Assembly (NCBI GenBank): GCA_003559765.1
Contig: PWKH01000084.1
Coordinates: 580 to 64,579 of the forward strand
DNA: 64,000 bases
Direction: 5' to 3'
Source of the DNA: Spirochaetaceae bacterium
Lineage (GTDB): Bacteria; Spirochaetota; Spirochaetia; PWKH01
Shown here: one piece after another, positions 18,492 to 28,247 of the stretch
How the letters are laid out: every line of letters starts with the position of its first letter
Numbering within the stretch: the stretch's first letter is position 1
Position numbers and translations under genes: made by a program
The notes under the pieces: model-generated
Told to the model about the DNA's origin: nothing
What the model saw: the letters and a program-made list of their open reading frames with translations, nothing else
Database searches by the model: none

Positions 18492-19884
18492 ACTGAAGGA
18501 CTGCCAGCAAGGTCAAGCCTGCCGAGAGTCCTCCTGCCCACAGCAGGGGCGAAGTCCACCAGAATCCGGCAGCCGTCTCTCCCCACTGCCACATTGCCGA
18601 AAGCAGCTGCGCGGTCAGTCGCAGCAGCTCTGCTGTCCCGGGAAGAGCCGGCACGGCCAGATATGCCAGAGCCGTCCAGATAAACAGGGTGACCAGCGCC
18701 ACTGAAGGAATGCTTAATAACAGTCCCGCCGGCCTGACATCCAGTCCCAGTGCGGTGAGCACCGGCCAGGTGCCGCAGGAGGCGCTCACCGTAAGTGCAG
18801 CCGCGGTGCGCAGCGCCGGCGGAATCCGGTCCGGCAGCGCATCCCGGATGAGGCTGAAGCAGCAGATTATTCCGCAGAGCGCACCGTAGGAGAGCGCCCA
18901 GGACCAGGTCAGCACATGGGAAGGGAACATCAGTACATGCATCACAGCCGCAGTTCCCAGCAGCTCCCCTCCCCGCAGGTTTCTGCCCCGGAGCCTTGAG
19001 CCGGTGTAGAGACAGAACATGAGCGCGGCTCGCACCAGGCTCTCCCTGAATCCGGTCAGCCAGAGAAACCAGAGCATCACCCCCATTGAGATGATCCCCC
19101 GGAACTTCGGTGAACCGAACGGAGCAAGCAGCAGACTGAGCAGCTGCAGCAGTACGGCGGCATGCAGCCCCGAAAGGGCGGTCACATGGGCGACCCCGGC
19201 TGCTCTGCACTGCTCCAGCAGTCTGCTGCCGGAACGCACCGGTCGGCCGATCAGCAGGGATGAGGCCAGCACCTGGGCCTCCCAGTAGAGGGGAGAGAGC
19301 CGATTCAGCACCCAGTCCTGGGTGCTGCGCCGCAGTTTCTCCAGCCGTTCCGGGAGGCTTTCTTCGGCCTTCCTCCAGCCGATTTCCCCGGCGGAGACTA
19401 TGCGATTTCCCTCAAGCCGCAGGGACACCTCCGCCGCCGTTCCCCGGGCTGCATGCCGGGGAAGGTCCCCGTCGTCGGTGAAGACGGTGATCTCCCCTGA
19501 GGCATCGGCAGAGATACCCCCGGGAAGAAAAATTCGCTTCAGTTCAAAATCAAGCAGATATCTCCGGGCATCCAGGGGCCTCGGTGACCGGGCAAGAACC
19601 GCCTCCGCAGCTGCCTCACGCCTACCCTCAAGGCTGATTCCGGCTTCAGCGGGCTGGTCATGCACCTGAAGATACCCCCCGATGCGCAGTACAGAGAGGA
19701 GAATCAGCACCAGAACAGCGGGTCGGACCGGAAGGACCGTCCCTGCAGCGGCGAACACCCACAGCAGCACCAGAAAGAGGGATCCCCCCAGATACGCCGC
19801 AGCCGGTGCGGCGAGAGAACCTGCAAGGAGGAATACTCGAGTAACGGTGTCTTCAGCTCTTCGATGCTCCATATGCAGGAGCAT
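18376..19884 (-). CDS. comEC: ComEC/Rec2-family membrane protein (competence-channel domain only)
   Basis: 502 aa polytopic membrane protein with the competence-domain motif HVTALSGLHAAVL. I saw no C-terminal metallo-beta-lactamase HxHxDH motif. Confidence 0.8.
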   Translation of the reverse strand: MLLHMEHRRAEDTVTRVFLLAGSLAAPAAAYLGGSLFLVLLWVFAAAGTVLPVRPAVLVLILLSVLRIGGYLQVHDQPAEAGISLEGRREAAAEAVLARSPRPLDARRYLLDFELKRIFLPGGISADASGEITVFTDDGDLPRHAARGTAAEVSLRLEGNRIVSAGEIGWRKAEESLPERLEKLRRSTQDWVLNRLSPLYWEAQVLASSLLIGRPVRSGSRLLEQCRAAGVAHVTALSGLHAAVLLQLLSLLLAPFGSPKFRGIISMGVMLWFLWLTGFRESLVRAALMFCLYTGSRLRGRNLRGGELLGTAAVMHVLMFPSHVLTWSWALSYGALCGIICCFSLIRDALPDRIPPALRTAAALTVSASCGTWPVLTALGLDVRPAGLLLSIPSVALVTLFIWTALAYLAVPALPGTAELLRLTAQLLSAMWQWGETAAGFWWTSPLLWAGGLSAGLTLLAVLQYGGCRSAHVRRIQGLSRPPVQFPVSYQGSAGDAGAEDE

Positions 19885-19895
19885 CGAAGCGCCGG

Positions 19896-20657
19896 TCAGG
19901 TCTGATTCACCCTCAGCAGCTGATAGAGAGCAATCAGGGGAAGATCGACCTTGCCGCTGCTTCCCAGCCGGAAGAGCCGGGCGGAAGAGCGCTGCCGGCT
20001 TTTCTGAGAGCTGAGAGAATCAAGGCGTCTGATCAGCCTACGGATTCTGCGCCGGCTGCGCAGATGCAGGGAAAGACAGCGACACAGATCCCGAATCAGG
20101 GGATCAGGTGTGATTCCGGTGTCATAGGACTGGATTCCGCAGAGGATGTCCGCAAGGGTAAGCGGTGAGAGCCCCTCGAGATCCTGAAGCAGCTGTTCAA
20201 CCCGCTTCAGTTCAGCTGAAGGATAGTCCTGCCCAGAATCTGCATACCGCTTGAGCTCAATGCGCTTTTTTACGGCCACCTCGCTTTTCGTGTTCTTCTT
20301 TGCTACGAAGAGGTAGACCGCCGTCGCCGCTGCGGTGGAGAAAATCAGCTCGTCGATCAGGGGAACGGGAATTCTGATGACCAGGGCGGTGAACCAGTAG
20401 GTCAGCAGGAAGGCCGCCGCAGAAAACAGAAGCCTCGGGATATACTTCAGCTCCTGTATCCACGCATCCACCGCCCGGTCTATGAAGGTATAGACTCCGT
20501 AGAGTATCTCCGAGCGGTCATCCTCGTCAGGTGTTTCCGGATAGCAGTACACCAGCGGCTGTGATTCAATTTCCCTCAGGATCTGCCCCCGCCTGGCAAA
20601 GGGATGGAGGACTACCGTCGTCCCGAGGGAGCGCTTCAGCAAATATACAGTTCCCAT
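19896..20657 (-). CDS. Hypothetical membrane protein with an Arg-rich C-terminal region
   Basis: 253 aa with two hydrophobic helices (LLFSAAAFLLTYWFTALVI and LIFSTAAATAVYLFVA). It lies 11 nt upstream of comEC on the same strand. No family recognised. Confidence 0.55.
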   Translation of the reverse strand: MGTVYLLKRSLGTTVVLHPFARRGQILREIESQPLVYCYPETPDEDDRSEILYGVYTFIDRAVDAWIQELKYIPRLLFSAAAFLLTYWFTALVIRIPVPLIDELIFSTAAATAVYLFVAKKNTKSEVAVKKRIELKRYADSGQDYPSAELKRVEQLLQDLEGLSPLTLADILCGIQSYDTGITPDPLIRDLCRCLSLHLRSRRRIRRLIRRLDSLSSQKSRQRSSARLFRLGSSGKVDLPLIALYQLLRVNQT

Positions 20658-20675
20658 AGATACCCCCTCCGCCGG

Positions 20676-22415
20676 CTACTCATCCGCAGAGCGGACGATA
20701 TCCAGGATGCGGTCAAATGCCTTCTCGTACCGGTCGAGGACTTCCTTCACTTCGTCCCGGGCCTGTGCAAGGTCCTTGATACTGCTGGTGCCGAAGAGAT
20801 AGCATTTGATTTTAGGCTCAGTTCCGCTGGGGCGGAGCATGAAGCTTCGTCCCTCCTGAAGCCGGTAAATCAGCATATCGCTTTTCGGAAGCGGAGCTTC
20901 ATCCCTGAGCAGGTCCATCCGGGAGCTGACCGCCTCGCCGGCGATCTCATCAGTCACCTCGCCGCGGAAGTATTCCATAAGCCGGGCAATCTGCTGCTGC
21001 CCCTTCTGCCCCGGCAGGGTCCGTGAGAGCACCCGCTCCTCATAATATCCGAACTCTTCCCAGATTTCCTCAAGCCGCCGCAGCAGGGACACTCCTCTGG
21101 TCTGATGATACCGGGTCATCTCCACCGCAAGACAGGCTGCCGACACGGCATCCTTGTCCCGTACTTCCGTCTCCACCAGGTATCCGAAGCTCTCCTCGGC
21201 ACCGAGGAGGAACTGTTCATCAGTTCCTTCCAGGGACTTCATTACCTCGGCGATATATTTGAATCCGGTAAGCACATCAACGCACCGGCCGCCGTAGTGC
21301 TCGGTGATAACCCGAAGCAGGTCGGTGGTGACTATGCTTTTCACCGTTACCAGGCGGTCTGCCCCTCCCTGCTGACTGTTTGCTGAGAACAGATAGTCGC
21401 ACAGCAGCACAGCAATCTGATTGCCCGTGATCAGCTGATAGCGGTCCTTGTCTTCGGTCACCGGAACAGCAATTCCCAGCCGGTCGCCGTCAGGATCAGT
21501 GCCGATAACGATGTCCGCCCCGTGCTTCAGCCCGTATTCCACCGCAAGTTTCATGGCATCACGGTCCTCGGGGTTGGGACTCTTCACTGTGGGGAATGCT
21601 CCGTCAGGTTCAGCCTGCTCCGCCACGAGGATCACCTTTGCTCCGAGATCATGGAGTACCCGCTGCACCGGGGCGCTTCCTGATCCGTGGAGGGGGGTAA
21701 AGACCACCGTGGGAGAGGAGTCCCGAAACAGCTGCGGCTTGAGGGACAGGGAACTCACCATTGTATAGTAGGCTTCATCCACCTCATGGCTGACCCACTG
21801 GAAGAGTCCCTGGTCCTGGGCCCGGTTGGAATCCATCAGGGGAATATCCTCGCCGGCTTTCCGGACTGCGGTCACCTCCCGGACAATGCCCTCGTCGTGG
21901 GGAGGGGTCACCTGGGCCCCGTCGCTCCAGTAGACTTTATAGCCGTTGTATTCAGCGGGATTATGGCTGGCGGTGATGGTAATGCCGGCATCCGCCTTCA
22001 GATACCGAACGGCGAAGGAGAGCATCGGCACCGGACGAAGCTCCCGGAAGAGCTGCGCCCGCACTCCGGCAGCGCAGAGCACCTGGGCTGCGGTCTCGGC
22101 AAAGAGGGGGGAGCAGCTGCGGGAATCATAGGCAATTACCACCAGCGGATTATCCTGCTGGGAGCATACATATCGGGCAAGTCCCCGGGTCACCATGCCG
22201 ACGGTCAGCGGATTCATCCGGTTCGTTCCGCCGCCGATCACCCCCCGCATCCCGGCGGTCCCGAAGGTCAGCTCCTGGTAGAACCGGTCGGCAAGTCCTT
22301 CAAAATCTTTCCGTTTGAGGGCTTCCTCAACATCCTGCCGGAACCATGGGTGGGTCTCCTTTTCAATATATCGCTGCGCCTGTTCTGTAAGCTGCTGTAT
22401 GCTCGCTGTATCCAT
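20676..22415 (-). CDS. Phosphoglucomutase/phosphomannomutase-family phospho-sugar mutase
   Basis: 579 aa. Active-site loop TASHNPAEYNGYKV and metal-binding GTDPDGDR are present. Confidence 0.9.
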   Translation of the reverse strand: MDTASIQQLTEQAQRYIEKETHPWFRQDVEEALKRKDFEGLADRFYQELTFGTAGMRGVIGGGTNRMNPLTVGMVTRGLARYVCSQQDNPLVVIAYDSRSCSPLFAETAAQVLCAAGVRAQLFRELRPVPMLSFAVRYLKADAGITITASHNPAEYNGYKVYWSDGAQVTPPHDEGIVREVTAVRKAGEDIPLMDSNRAQDQGLFQWVSHEVDEAYYTMVSSLSLKPQLFRDSSPTVVFTPLHGSGSAPVQRVLHDLGAKVILVAEQAEPDGAFPTVKSPNPEDRDAMKLAVEYGLKHGADIVIGTDPDGDRLGIAVPVTEDKDRYQLITGNQIAVLLCDYLFSANSQQGGADRLVTVKSIVTTDLLRVITEHYGGRCVDVLTGFKYIAEVMKSLEGTDEQFLLGAEESFGYLVETEVRDKDAVSAACLAVEMTRYHQTRGVSLLRRLEEIWEEFGYYEERVLSRTLPGQKGQQQIARLMEYFRGEVTDEIAGEAVSSRMDLLRDEAPLPKSDMLIYRLQEGRSFMLRPSGTEPKIKCYLFGTSSIKDLAQARDEVKEVLDRYEKAFDRILDIVRSADE

Positions 22416-22513
22416 GTATCCTCCTCACTTTATACCCGTTATTGTACGCGAAATCAGATGGAAACACCAGGGGGATGATTCCGCCTGCGCTGACAAAATG
22501 CTTCAGGTAGGGT

Positions 22514-23302
22514 ATGGTGGAGCCTATGAACTTCCATGACTGGTACGCACAGATGTACCCAGAGCGGTGGGAAGGTCTCTACAGCTGCCTGCTGGATGAT
22601 CCGCCCGGCTTTGCCCTCCGGGAGGGACTGCAGCAGCCCTATTACCTGGACGAGGCTTCGCTGCAGGCGGCCCTGGCACTGGATGTGCATCCCGGCCATA
22701 CCGTGCTGGATGCCTGCGCGGCGCCCGGGGGAAAGACCCTGGTGCTTGCCCTGCATCTTGCAGGATCGGGGCACCTGACTGCCAATGACCGCTCCTCCAG
22801 CCGCCGCTCAAGACTGCACCGGGTGCTCAGGGAGCATCTGACCGACGAGCAGCGCGCCGTGATCAAAGTGACCGGCCATGACGCCGCCCGGTGGGGGCTC
22901 TATGAGCAGAACCGATTCGACCGGATTCTGCTGGATGCGCCCTGCTCCAGCGAACGGCATGTGCTGAATAATCCCAGGGAGCTGGCAAAGTGGAGCCCGA
23001 AGCGGAGCCGGAGACTGGCGGTGCAGCAGTTTGCCATGGCCGCCGCCGCACTGGATGCGGTCAAACCCGGGGGACGGATCATCTACAGCACCTGCTCCAT
23101 TTCAATGCTTGAAAACGATCAGGTAATGGAGAAACTCCTGAAGCGGAGAGCCGGCCGATGCAGGGTAACTGTTCCGTCGGGTATTCCGTGGGGGGAGCCG
23201 ACCGAATACGGCTGGATGATCCTGCCTGATCAGTGCGGAGGCAGAGGACCGCTCTATATTTCCGTAATCACCAAAGTCCCACAGGAGGAATCTGATTCAT
23301 GA
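22514..23302 (+). CDS. RsmB/RsmF (NOL1/NOP2/Sun)-family RNA m5C methyltransferase
   Basis: 262 aa. SAM motif DACAAPGGKT and catalytic-cysteine motifs LLDAPCSSERH and YSTCS are present. Confidence 0.8.
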   Translation: MVEPMNFHDWYAQMYPERWEGLYSCLLDDPPGFALREGLQQPYYLDEASLQAALALDVHPGHTVLDACAAPGGKTLVLALHLAGSGHLTANDRSSSRRSRLHRVLREHLTDEQRAVIKVTGHDAARWGLYEQNRFDRILLDAPCSSERHVLNNPRELAKWSPKRSRRLAVQQFAMAAAALDAVKPGGRIIYSTCSISMLENDQVMEKLLKRRAGRCRVTVPSGIPWGEPTEYGWMILPDQCGGRGPLYISVITKVPQEESDS

Positions 23303-24423
23303 AACAGCCGATTGTCGCCCTGCAGCACTGCCGTGCATATTCCGCCGGACACATTGACCCCGTGCTTCAGCAGATCTGGGATGCAGCAGTCATGCCCGAT
23401 CTTTTCGGAAAGCGGGTGCTGGTGAAACCGAATATCCTGTCGGACGCTCCTCCCAGCAAGGCTGTCACTACCCACCCTGAGGTGCTCGCCTCGCTGCTCA
23501 GACTGCTGCTTGATCTGGGGGCGAAGCCGATGGTGGGCGACTCGCCGGCCATCCATACCGCTTCGTTCACCGGCAGGAGATCGGGGCTTCGGACTGTCTG
23601 CGATGAGCTGGGCGTACCCTGGGCTGACTTTCTCGACGGTACGGCAGAGACTGCTGAGACGGTTTCCGGCAGGAACCGCATCTACCGGGTAAGCCGCCAT
23701 GCCCTGGAGTGCGACTGCATTGTATCGGTACCGAAGCTGAAAACCCACAAACTGATGTTCTACACCGGGGCGGTAAAAAACCTCATGGGGGTCATCCCTG
23801 CCCTGGGAAAAAGCTCCTGTCATCTGAAGTACCGAAACAGCCGCAGCTTTGCCCGGTTTCTGGCGGAACTCTGCAGCGCCCTCCCCCCGGTTATTGCTGT
23901 TGCCGATGGAATCACCGCCATGGAAGGCCCGGGCCCGAACAGCGGATTCCCCAGAACCCTGGGGATGCTGGCATCATCGGCAGACTGCGCGGCCCTGGAT
24001 GTCGCCGCATCTGCTGGTATGGGATACGACCCCCGGGAGGTGCCCCTCTGCAGGGCAATGCACGCAGGCAGTCTCACCCTGGCCCTGTCTCCCGGGGATA
24101 TCACCTACCCGCTGCACACTCCTGAGCAGTTTGCTCCGGGGGATTTTAAGCTCATCGACACCGCCCAGCGGGATATTCCCCTCTGGAACTTCATCGGCCC
24201 TCGGATTCTGCGCCTCTTGAGCAGGCAGGAGGGCCCGGCGGTCATGCCTGAGCGCTGCATTGCCTGCGGCAAGTGCGCGCTCATCTGTCCCAACGGCTCA
24301 GCCGCAGAGCATGCAGCGGGGGAGTACCGCATTAACCTGCGCACCTGCATCCGGTGCTGGTGCTGCCACGAAGTCTGTCCCGCCGATGCCGTCGCTGCGA
24401 TACATCCCGGAAAACAGCACTAG
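23299..24423 (+). CDS. DUF362-domain protein with a C-terminal 2x[4Fe-4S] ferredoxin-like region
   Basis: 374 aa. It has an ATGA overlap with the preceding gene. The C-terminus carries CIACGKCALICP and CIRCWCCHEVCP. Confidence 0.75.
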   Translation: MKQPIVALQHCRAYSAGHIDPVLQQIWDAAVMPDLFGKRVLVKPNILSDAPPSKAVTTHPEVLASLLRLLLDLGAKPMVGDSPAIHTASFTGRRSGLRTVCDELGVPWADFLDGTAETAETVSGRNRIYRVSRHALECDCIVSVPKLKTHKLMFYTGAVKNLMGVIPALGKSSCHLKYRNSRSFARFLAELCSALPPVIAVADGITAMEGPGPNSGFPRTLGMLASSADCAALDVAASAGMGYDPREVPLCRAMHAGSLTLALSPGDITYPLHTPEQFAPGDFKLIDTAQRDIPLWNFIGPRILRLLSRQEGPAVMPERCIACGKCALICPNGSAAEHAAGEYRINLRTCIRCWCCHEVCPADAVAAIHPGKQH

Positions 24424-24446
24424 GCTTTCGAAAAATTAACCGCTTA

Positions 24447-24475
24447 CTCACATACCACTCATGATCTGCTCATAT
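24447..24475 (+). promoter_or_regulatory. Candidate Pho box: three direct repeats with 11-bp phasing upstream of pstS
   Basis: CTCACAT (24447-24453), CTCATGA (24458-24464) and CTCATAT (24469-24475). A -10-like TATGTT lies at 24484-24489. A near-identical element sits upstream of phoBR. Confidence 0.5.
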
Positions 24476-24520
24476 GGGCGCAGTATGTTACAGCTAACCA
24501 AAGAATTTCAGGAGGAAATT

Positions 24521-25339
24521 ATGAAGAGACTTTTGGTTCTGATATGTGCTGCAGCCGTCTTAGGCTTGACAGCGGCACCGGTATTCTCCGGCGGAAGCCC
24601 GGAAAGCGAGACCTATACCATCGAGGTGACCGGTTCAACCTCTGTTGCTCCGCTGATGGAGCAGTTTGCCGACGCCTACCGGGACGTACGGCCGGAGGTT
24701 ACCATCAACATCAGCGGTACCGGTTCCGGTGACGGCATTACCGGAGCAAACACCGGCGTTGCCGAGCTGGGCATGTCCAGCAGAAACCTGAGATCCGCTG
24801 AAATCGGCTTCGGTCTTGATGTGCTCACCGTTGCGGTAGACGCCATTGCCGTGGTGGTCCATCCGGACAACCCCGTAAGCGATCTGACGGTTGAGCAGGT
24901 GCGAGGGATCTATACCGGGGAGATTACCAGCTGGGCTGAACTCGGCGGAGATGATTCGCAAATTTCCGTGGTCTCCCGTGAACCGGGATCGGGCACCCGG
25001 GGCGCCTTTGAAGGAGCGGTCGGATTCGTGGATGAGCTGCTCGCCGGGGCAATCGAGTTTGACGGCACCGGAGGAGTCCGGGCCGCAGTCGCCGGAAACA
25101 GCCAGGCGATAGGGTATATATCTCTGGGATCCATGAATCCGGAGGTGAAGGCTGTTTCGGTCAACGGGGTTGAGGCAAAGGCGGAGCGTGTTGTCGACGG
25201 CAGCTATGCAGTTGCAAGACCGTTTCTAATCCTCTACCGGGAAGCACAGATCGACCCGGAGACCAAGACCTTTCTCGACTGGATGGTATCAGCAGAAGGA
25301 CAGGCAATTGTCAGTCAGAATTATGTTCCCGTTCAGTAA
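24521..25339 (+). CDS. pstS: Phosphate ABC transporter substrate-binding protein
   Basis: Start moved to MKRLLVLICAAAVLGL (AGGAGG upstream, signal peptide). TGSGDGI and SREPGSGTR are typical of PstS. Confidence 0.92.
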   Translation: MKRLLVLICAAAVLGLTAAPVFSGGSPESETYTIEVTGSTSVAPLMEQFADAYRDVRPEVTINISGTGSGDGITGANTGVAELGMSSRNLRSAEIGFGLDVLTVAVDAIAVVVHPDNPVSDLTVEQVRGIYTGEITSWAELGGDDSQISVVSREPGSGTRGAFEGAVGFVDELLAGAIEFDGTGGVRAAVAGNSQAIGYISLGSMNPEVKAVSVNGVEAKAERVVDGSYAVARPFLILYREAQIDPETKTFLDWMVSAEGQAIVSQNYVPVQ

Positions 25340-25359
25340 CAGACGCTTAATCAGATCTG

Positions 25360-25395
25360 CGCAGGACTGCCTCAGGCAGCCTGCGTGTGTGTTGT
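25360..25395 (+). terminator. Intra-operon stem-loop between pstS and pstC (possible partial terminator or mRNA stabiliser)
   Basis: CGCAGG-a-CTGCC / GGCAG-CCTGCG (25360-25385, 11 bp with one bulge and a 3-nt loop), followed by the U/G-rich TGTGTGTTGT. Confidence 0.4.
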
Positions 25396-25416
25396 AATAC
25401 CTAATGCGAAAAAACT

Positions 25417-26619
25417 ATGAGAAACAGACACAGACGCATACAGATTGACTCAGCAGTCCGGATCATCTTCCAGGCTGTCTCATACCTCTCGGTGATCGCC
25501 CTGATAGCGATGCTGGGATTTGTCTTCTACCAGGGGATCCGTCCCTTCACTGCCCCGACGGCAGATCAGATACAGATTGTCCCCGAACATATTCCTCAGC
25601 TGACAGTAAACGGCCGGATGTATGAGAACCGCCGTTCGTTTATAGACATCCCCATGGATGCCGAAGGCATAACCATTGAGTTCGAGCATCAGGGTGAGCA
25701 TCTGGTGGTGAATGCAGGAATCGATCCTTCCGGGGATACCTGGGAAGAAATCATTACGTTTCCCCCTGAGCTGCATCAGTATATCACCAGTCCGGAGGCG
25801 TATATGTACACCATCATCCTTCCCAGTGCCGTCGCAGGGCTGGAGCAGCGGATCCATATTCAGATTCCTGAACCGAGGCAGCAGGTCTCAGCGTTTCTGC
25901 TGGGAAGCGAATGGCGCCCGGTCTACCGAAAGCTTTACGGAATACTGCCGATGATCGCCGCCACCCTCCTGACTACCGCCGGAGCGGTGCTGCTGGGGGT
26001 TCCCCTGGCGCTGCTTTCCTCAGTCCTGATAGCCGAATTTCTGGGCAGACGCAGCGCCTCCCTGGTGAGAAGCGCTGTGGACCTGCTGGCGGGAATTCCC
26101 TCGGTGGTATACGGGTTCTTCGGACTGATGATGCTTGTTCCCCTGATCCAGCGCATCTTCGGATCATCTTCGGGAAGCTCTCTGCTGGCGGCAGTTGCGG
26201 TGCTGTCGGTCATGATCCTCCCCACAGTCATTTCCATCACCGTCACGTCCCTCAAGGCTGTTCCTGCCGCCTACCGGGAAGCCTCCCTTGCCCTCGGGGC
26301 AACCCCGCTGCAGACCGCCTGGAGGGTGGTCTTTCCTGCGGCACGCTCAGGCATTACCGCAAGCGTGATCCTCGGCACGGCCCGGGCGGTGGGAGAAACT
26401 ATGGCGGTCATGCTGGTGGCGGGCAACTCCCCCCAGTTCCCCAGTTCGCTCACCGACAGCGTGCGGACCATGACCGCCACCATTGCCCTGGAAATGGGGT
26501 ATTCCTCAGGAAGGCACAACGAGCTGCTGTTCTCCATCGGGATCATTCTGTTTGTTATCATCATCGCACTCAACGCGATCATCATGAAACTGAAAACCAA
26601 TATGCAGGAGGTATCATAG
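25417..26619 (+). CDS. pstC: Phosphate ABC transporter permease PstC (with a long periplasmic loop after TM1)
   Basis: 400 aa. ABC permease EAA-type region EASLALGATPLQTAWRVVFPAARSG is present, and gene order is consistent. Confidence 0.9.
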   Translation: MRNRHRRIQIDSAVRIIFQAVSYLSVIALIAMLGFVFYQGIRPFTAPTADQIQIVPEHIPQLTVNGRMYENRRSFIDIPMDAEGITIEFEHQGEHLVVNAGIDPSGDTWEEIITFPPELHQYITSPEAYMYTIILPSAVAGLEQRIHIQIPEPRQQVSAFLLGSEWRPVYRKLYGILPMIAATLLTTAGAVLLGVPLALLSSVLIAEFLGRRSASLVRSAVDLLAGIPSVVYGFFGLMMLVPLIQRIFGSSSGSSLLAAVAVLSVMILPTVISITVTSLKAVPAAYREASLALGATPLQTAWRVVFPAARSGITASVILGTARAVGETMAVMLVAGNSPQFPSSLTDSVRTMTATIALEMGYSSGRHNELLFSIGIILFVIIIALNAIIMKLKTNMQEVS

Positions 26620-27462
26620 ATGAAATCCCATCCGATCCGCAGGATGAAGGAAGGCATGCTCTATACGCTGATGTACGCAGCAACGGGAATCATTCTCTCA
26701 GCTCTGGTGCTCATTCTCGGCTACATCCTCTACAACGGCCTCGGAAAGCTCAGCATCGGGTTCATCTTCTCCTCTCCCCAGGAGGGGGGGATTTATCCCA
26801 TGGTGGTCACCACCGCCTATGTCGTGATCACCGCCATGGCAATCGCCCTGCCGGTGGGCATCATCACTGCGCTGTACACCACCGAGTACAGCAGAAACAG
26901 CCCGGGGACGCGGTATATCAGACTGGCAATCGAGACCCTAGCCGGCATCCCCTCGATTCTCTACGGACTGTTCGGTCTGATGCTCTTCAGCCGGGTGCTT
27001 GGATTCGGCCAGTCCATTATTGCCGGAGGGCTGACCTTGAGCATCATGATTCTGCCGGTGATTATCAGGACCACCGAGGAATCCCTGAAGGCAATTCCCC
27101 GGTCATTCCGGGAGGGGTCCCTCGCTTTGGGCACCACCCAGTGGCAGACGGTCTACCGGGTGGTGCTTCCATCAGCTCTTCCGGGAATCCTCACCGCCTC
27201 AATTCTTTCAATCGGCCGGGTGGTCGGTGAAGCGGCGCCGGTGCTGCTGACCGTCGGTATTGCCCGAAACCTTCCGAGGTCCATCTTCCAGTCAGGCCGA
27301 ACGCTGACGATCCACCTCTATTACCTGACCAAGGAGGCAATCCGGCCGGATGATTTCGAGATTGCCTTTGCCGCTGCGGCGGTGCTGGTGCTGTTCATCA
27401 TCGTGGTGAACACCGCAGCCAGATATACCGCCGCTGGATACAAAAAAACAATGGAGCGATAG
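26620..27462 (+). CDS. pstA: Phosphate ABC transporter permease PstA
   Basis: 280 aa. [25 protein letters not shown] is present. It directly follows pstC. Confidence 0.9.
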   Translation: MKSHPIRRMKEGMLYTLMYAATGIILSALVLILGYILYNGLGKLSIGFIFSSPQEGGIYPMVVTTAYVVITAMAIALPVGIITALYTTEYSRNSPGTRYIRLAIETLAGIPSILYGLFGLMLFSRVLGFGQSIIAGGLTLSIMILPVIIRTTEESLKAIPRSFREGSLALGTTQWQTVYRVVLPSALPGILTASILSIGRVVGEAAPVLLTVGIARNLPRSIFQSGRTLTIHLYYLTKEAIRPDDFEIAFAAAAVLVLFIIVVNTAARYTAAGYKKTMER

Positions 27463-27464
27463 CT

Positions 27465-28235
27465 ATGGAACAGATCCTGCAGATGACACAGGAAAAAATC
27501 ACGATCCGGGACTTGAACCTCTTCTACGGGGACTTTCATGCCCTGAAGCACATCAACATGGACATTCCGAATCAGGAGATCACCGCGCTCATCGGACCGT
27601 CGGGATGCGGGAAGTCTACCTTCATCAGGGTGCTCAACCGGATGAACGACCTCATCGACGGATGTTCCACCACCGGAGCAGTCACCCTGGACGGCACCGA
27701 CATCAGCCGAATAGATGTGACGGAACTGCGCACCCGGGTGGGCATGGTGTTTCAGAATCCCAATCCCTTTCCCATGAGCATCAGGCACAATGTGGAATAC
27801 GGACCGAGGATGCAGGGCATCAGGAACCGGCACCGTCTCTCCGAGATACTGGAGAACTCCCTGATCAAAGCGGCCCTGTGGGATGAAGTGAAGGACCGGC
27901 TGAACAAATCCGCCCTGAGCCTTTCAGGGGGACAGCAGCAGCGGCTGTGCATTGCCCGGGCGATTGCCATGGAACCTGAGGTGATCCTCATGGACGAGCC
28001 CACCAGCGCTCTGGACCCGATCGCTACAAAAAAGATTGAGGAGCTGATCAGAGACTTGAAACAGGAATACACCATCGTCATTGTGACCCATTCCATGAGC
28101 CAGGCAGGCAGAATCAGCGACCGGACCGCCTTCTTCCTCCTCGGCGAGGTTAAGGAATACGGAAGGACCGCAGATCTCTTTGAGCGGCCGGAGCATGACG
28201 AAACGCAGCAGTACATCCAGGGCCATTTCGGCTGA
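27465..28235 (+). CDS. pstB: Phosphate ABC transporter ATP-binding protein
   Basis: 256 aa. Walker [10 protein letters not shown], signature LSGGQQQRL and Walker [12 protein letters not shown] are present. Confidence 0.95.
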   Translation: MEQILQMTQEKITIRDLNLFYGDFHALKHINMDIPNQEITALIGPSGCGKSTFIRVLNRMNDLIDGCSTTGAVTLDGTDISRIDVTELRTRVGMVFQNPNPFPMSIRHNVEYGPRMQGIRNRHRLSEILENSLIKAALWDEVKDRLNKSALSLSGGQQQRLCIARAIAMEPEVILMDEPTSALDPIATKKIEELIRDLKQEYTIVIVTHSMSQAGRISDRTAFFLLGEVKEYGRTADLFERPEHDETQQYIQGHFG

Positions 28236-28247
28236 TCGCCGGAGCAC

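Noticed and set aside
25911-27230. 439-aa same-strand ORF out of frame across pstC and pstA.
   Set aside because: Its Arg/Gly/Pro/His-rich low-complexity translation lies fully inside two well-supported permease genes, so it is a shadow ORF.
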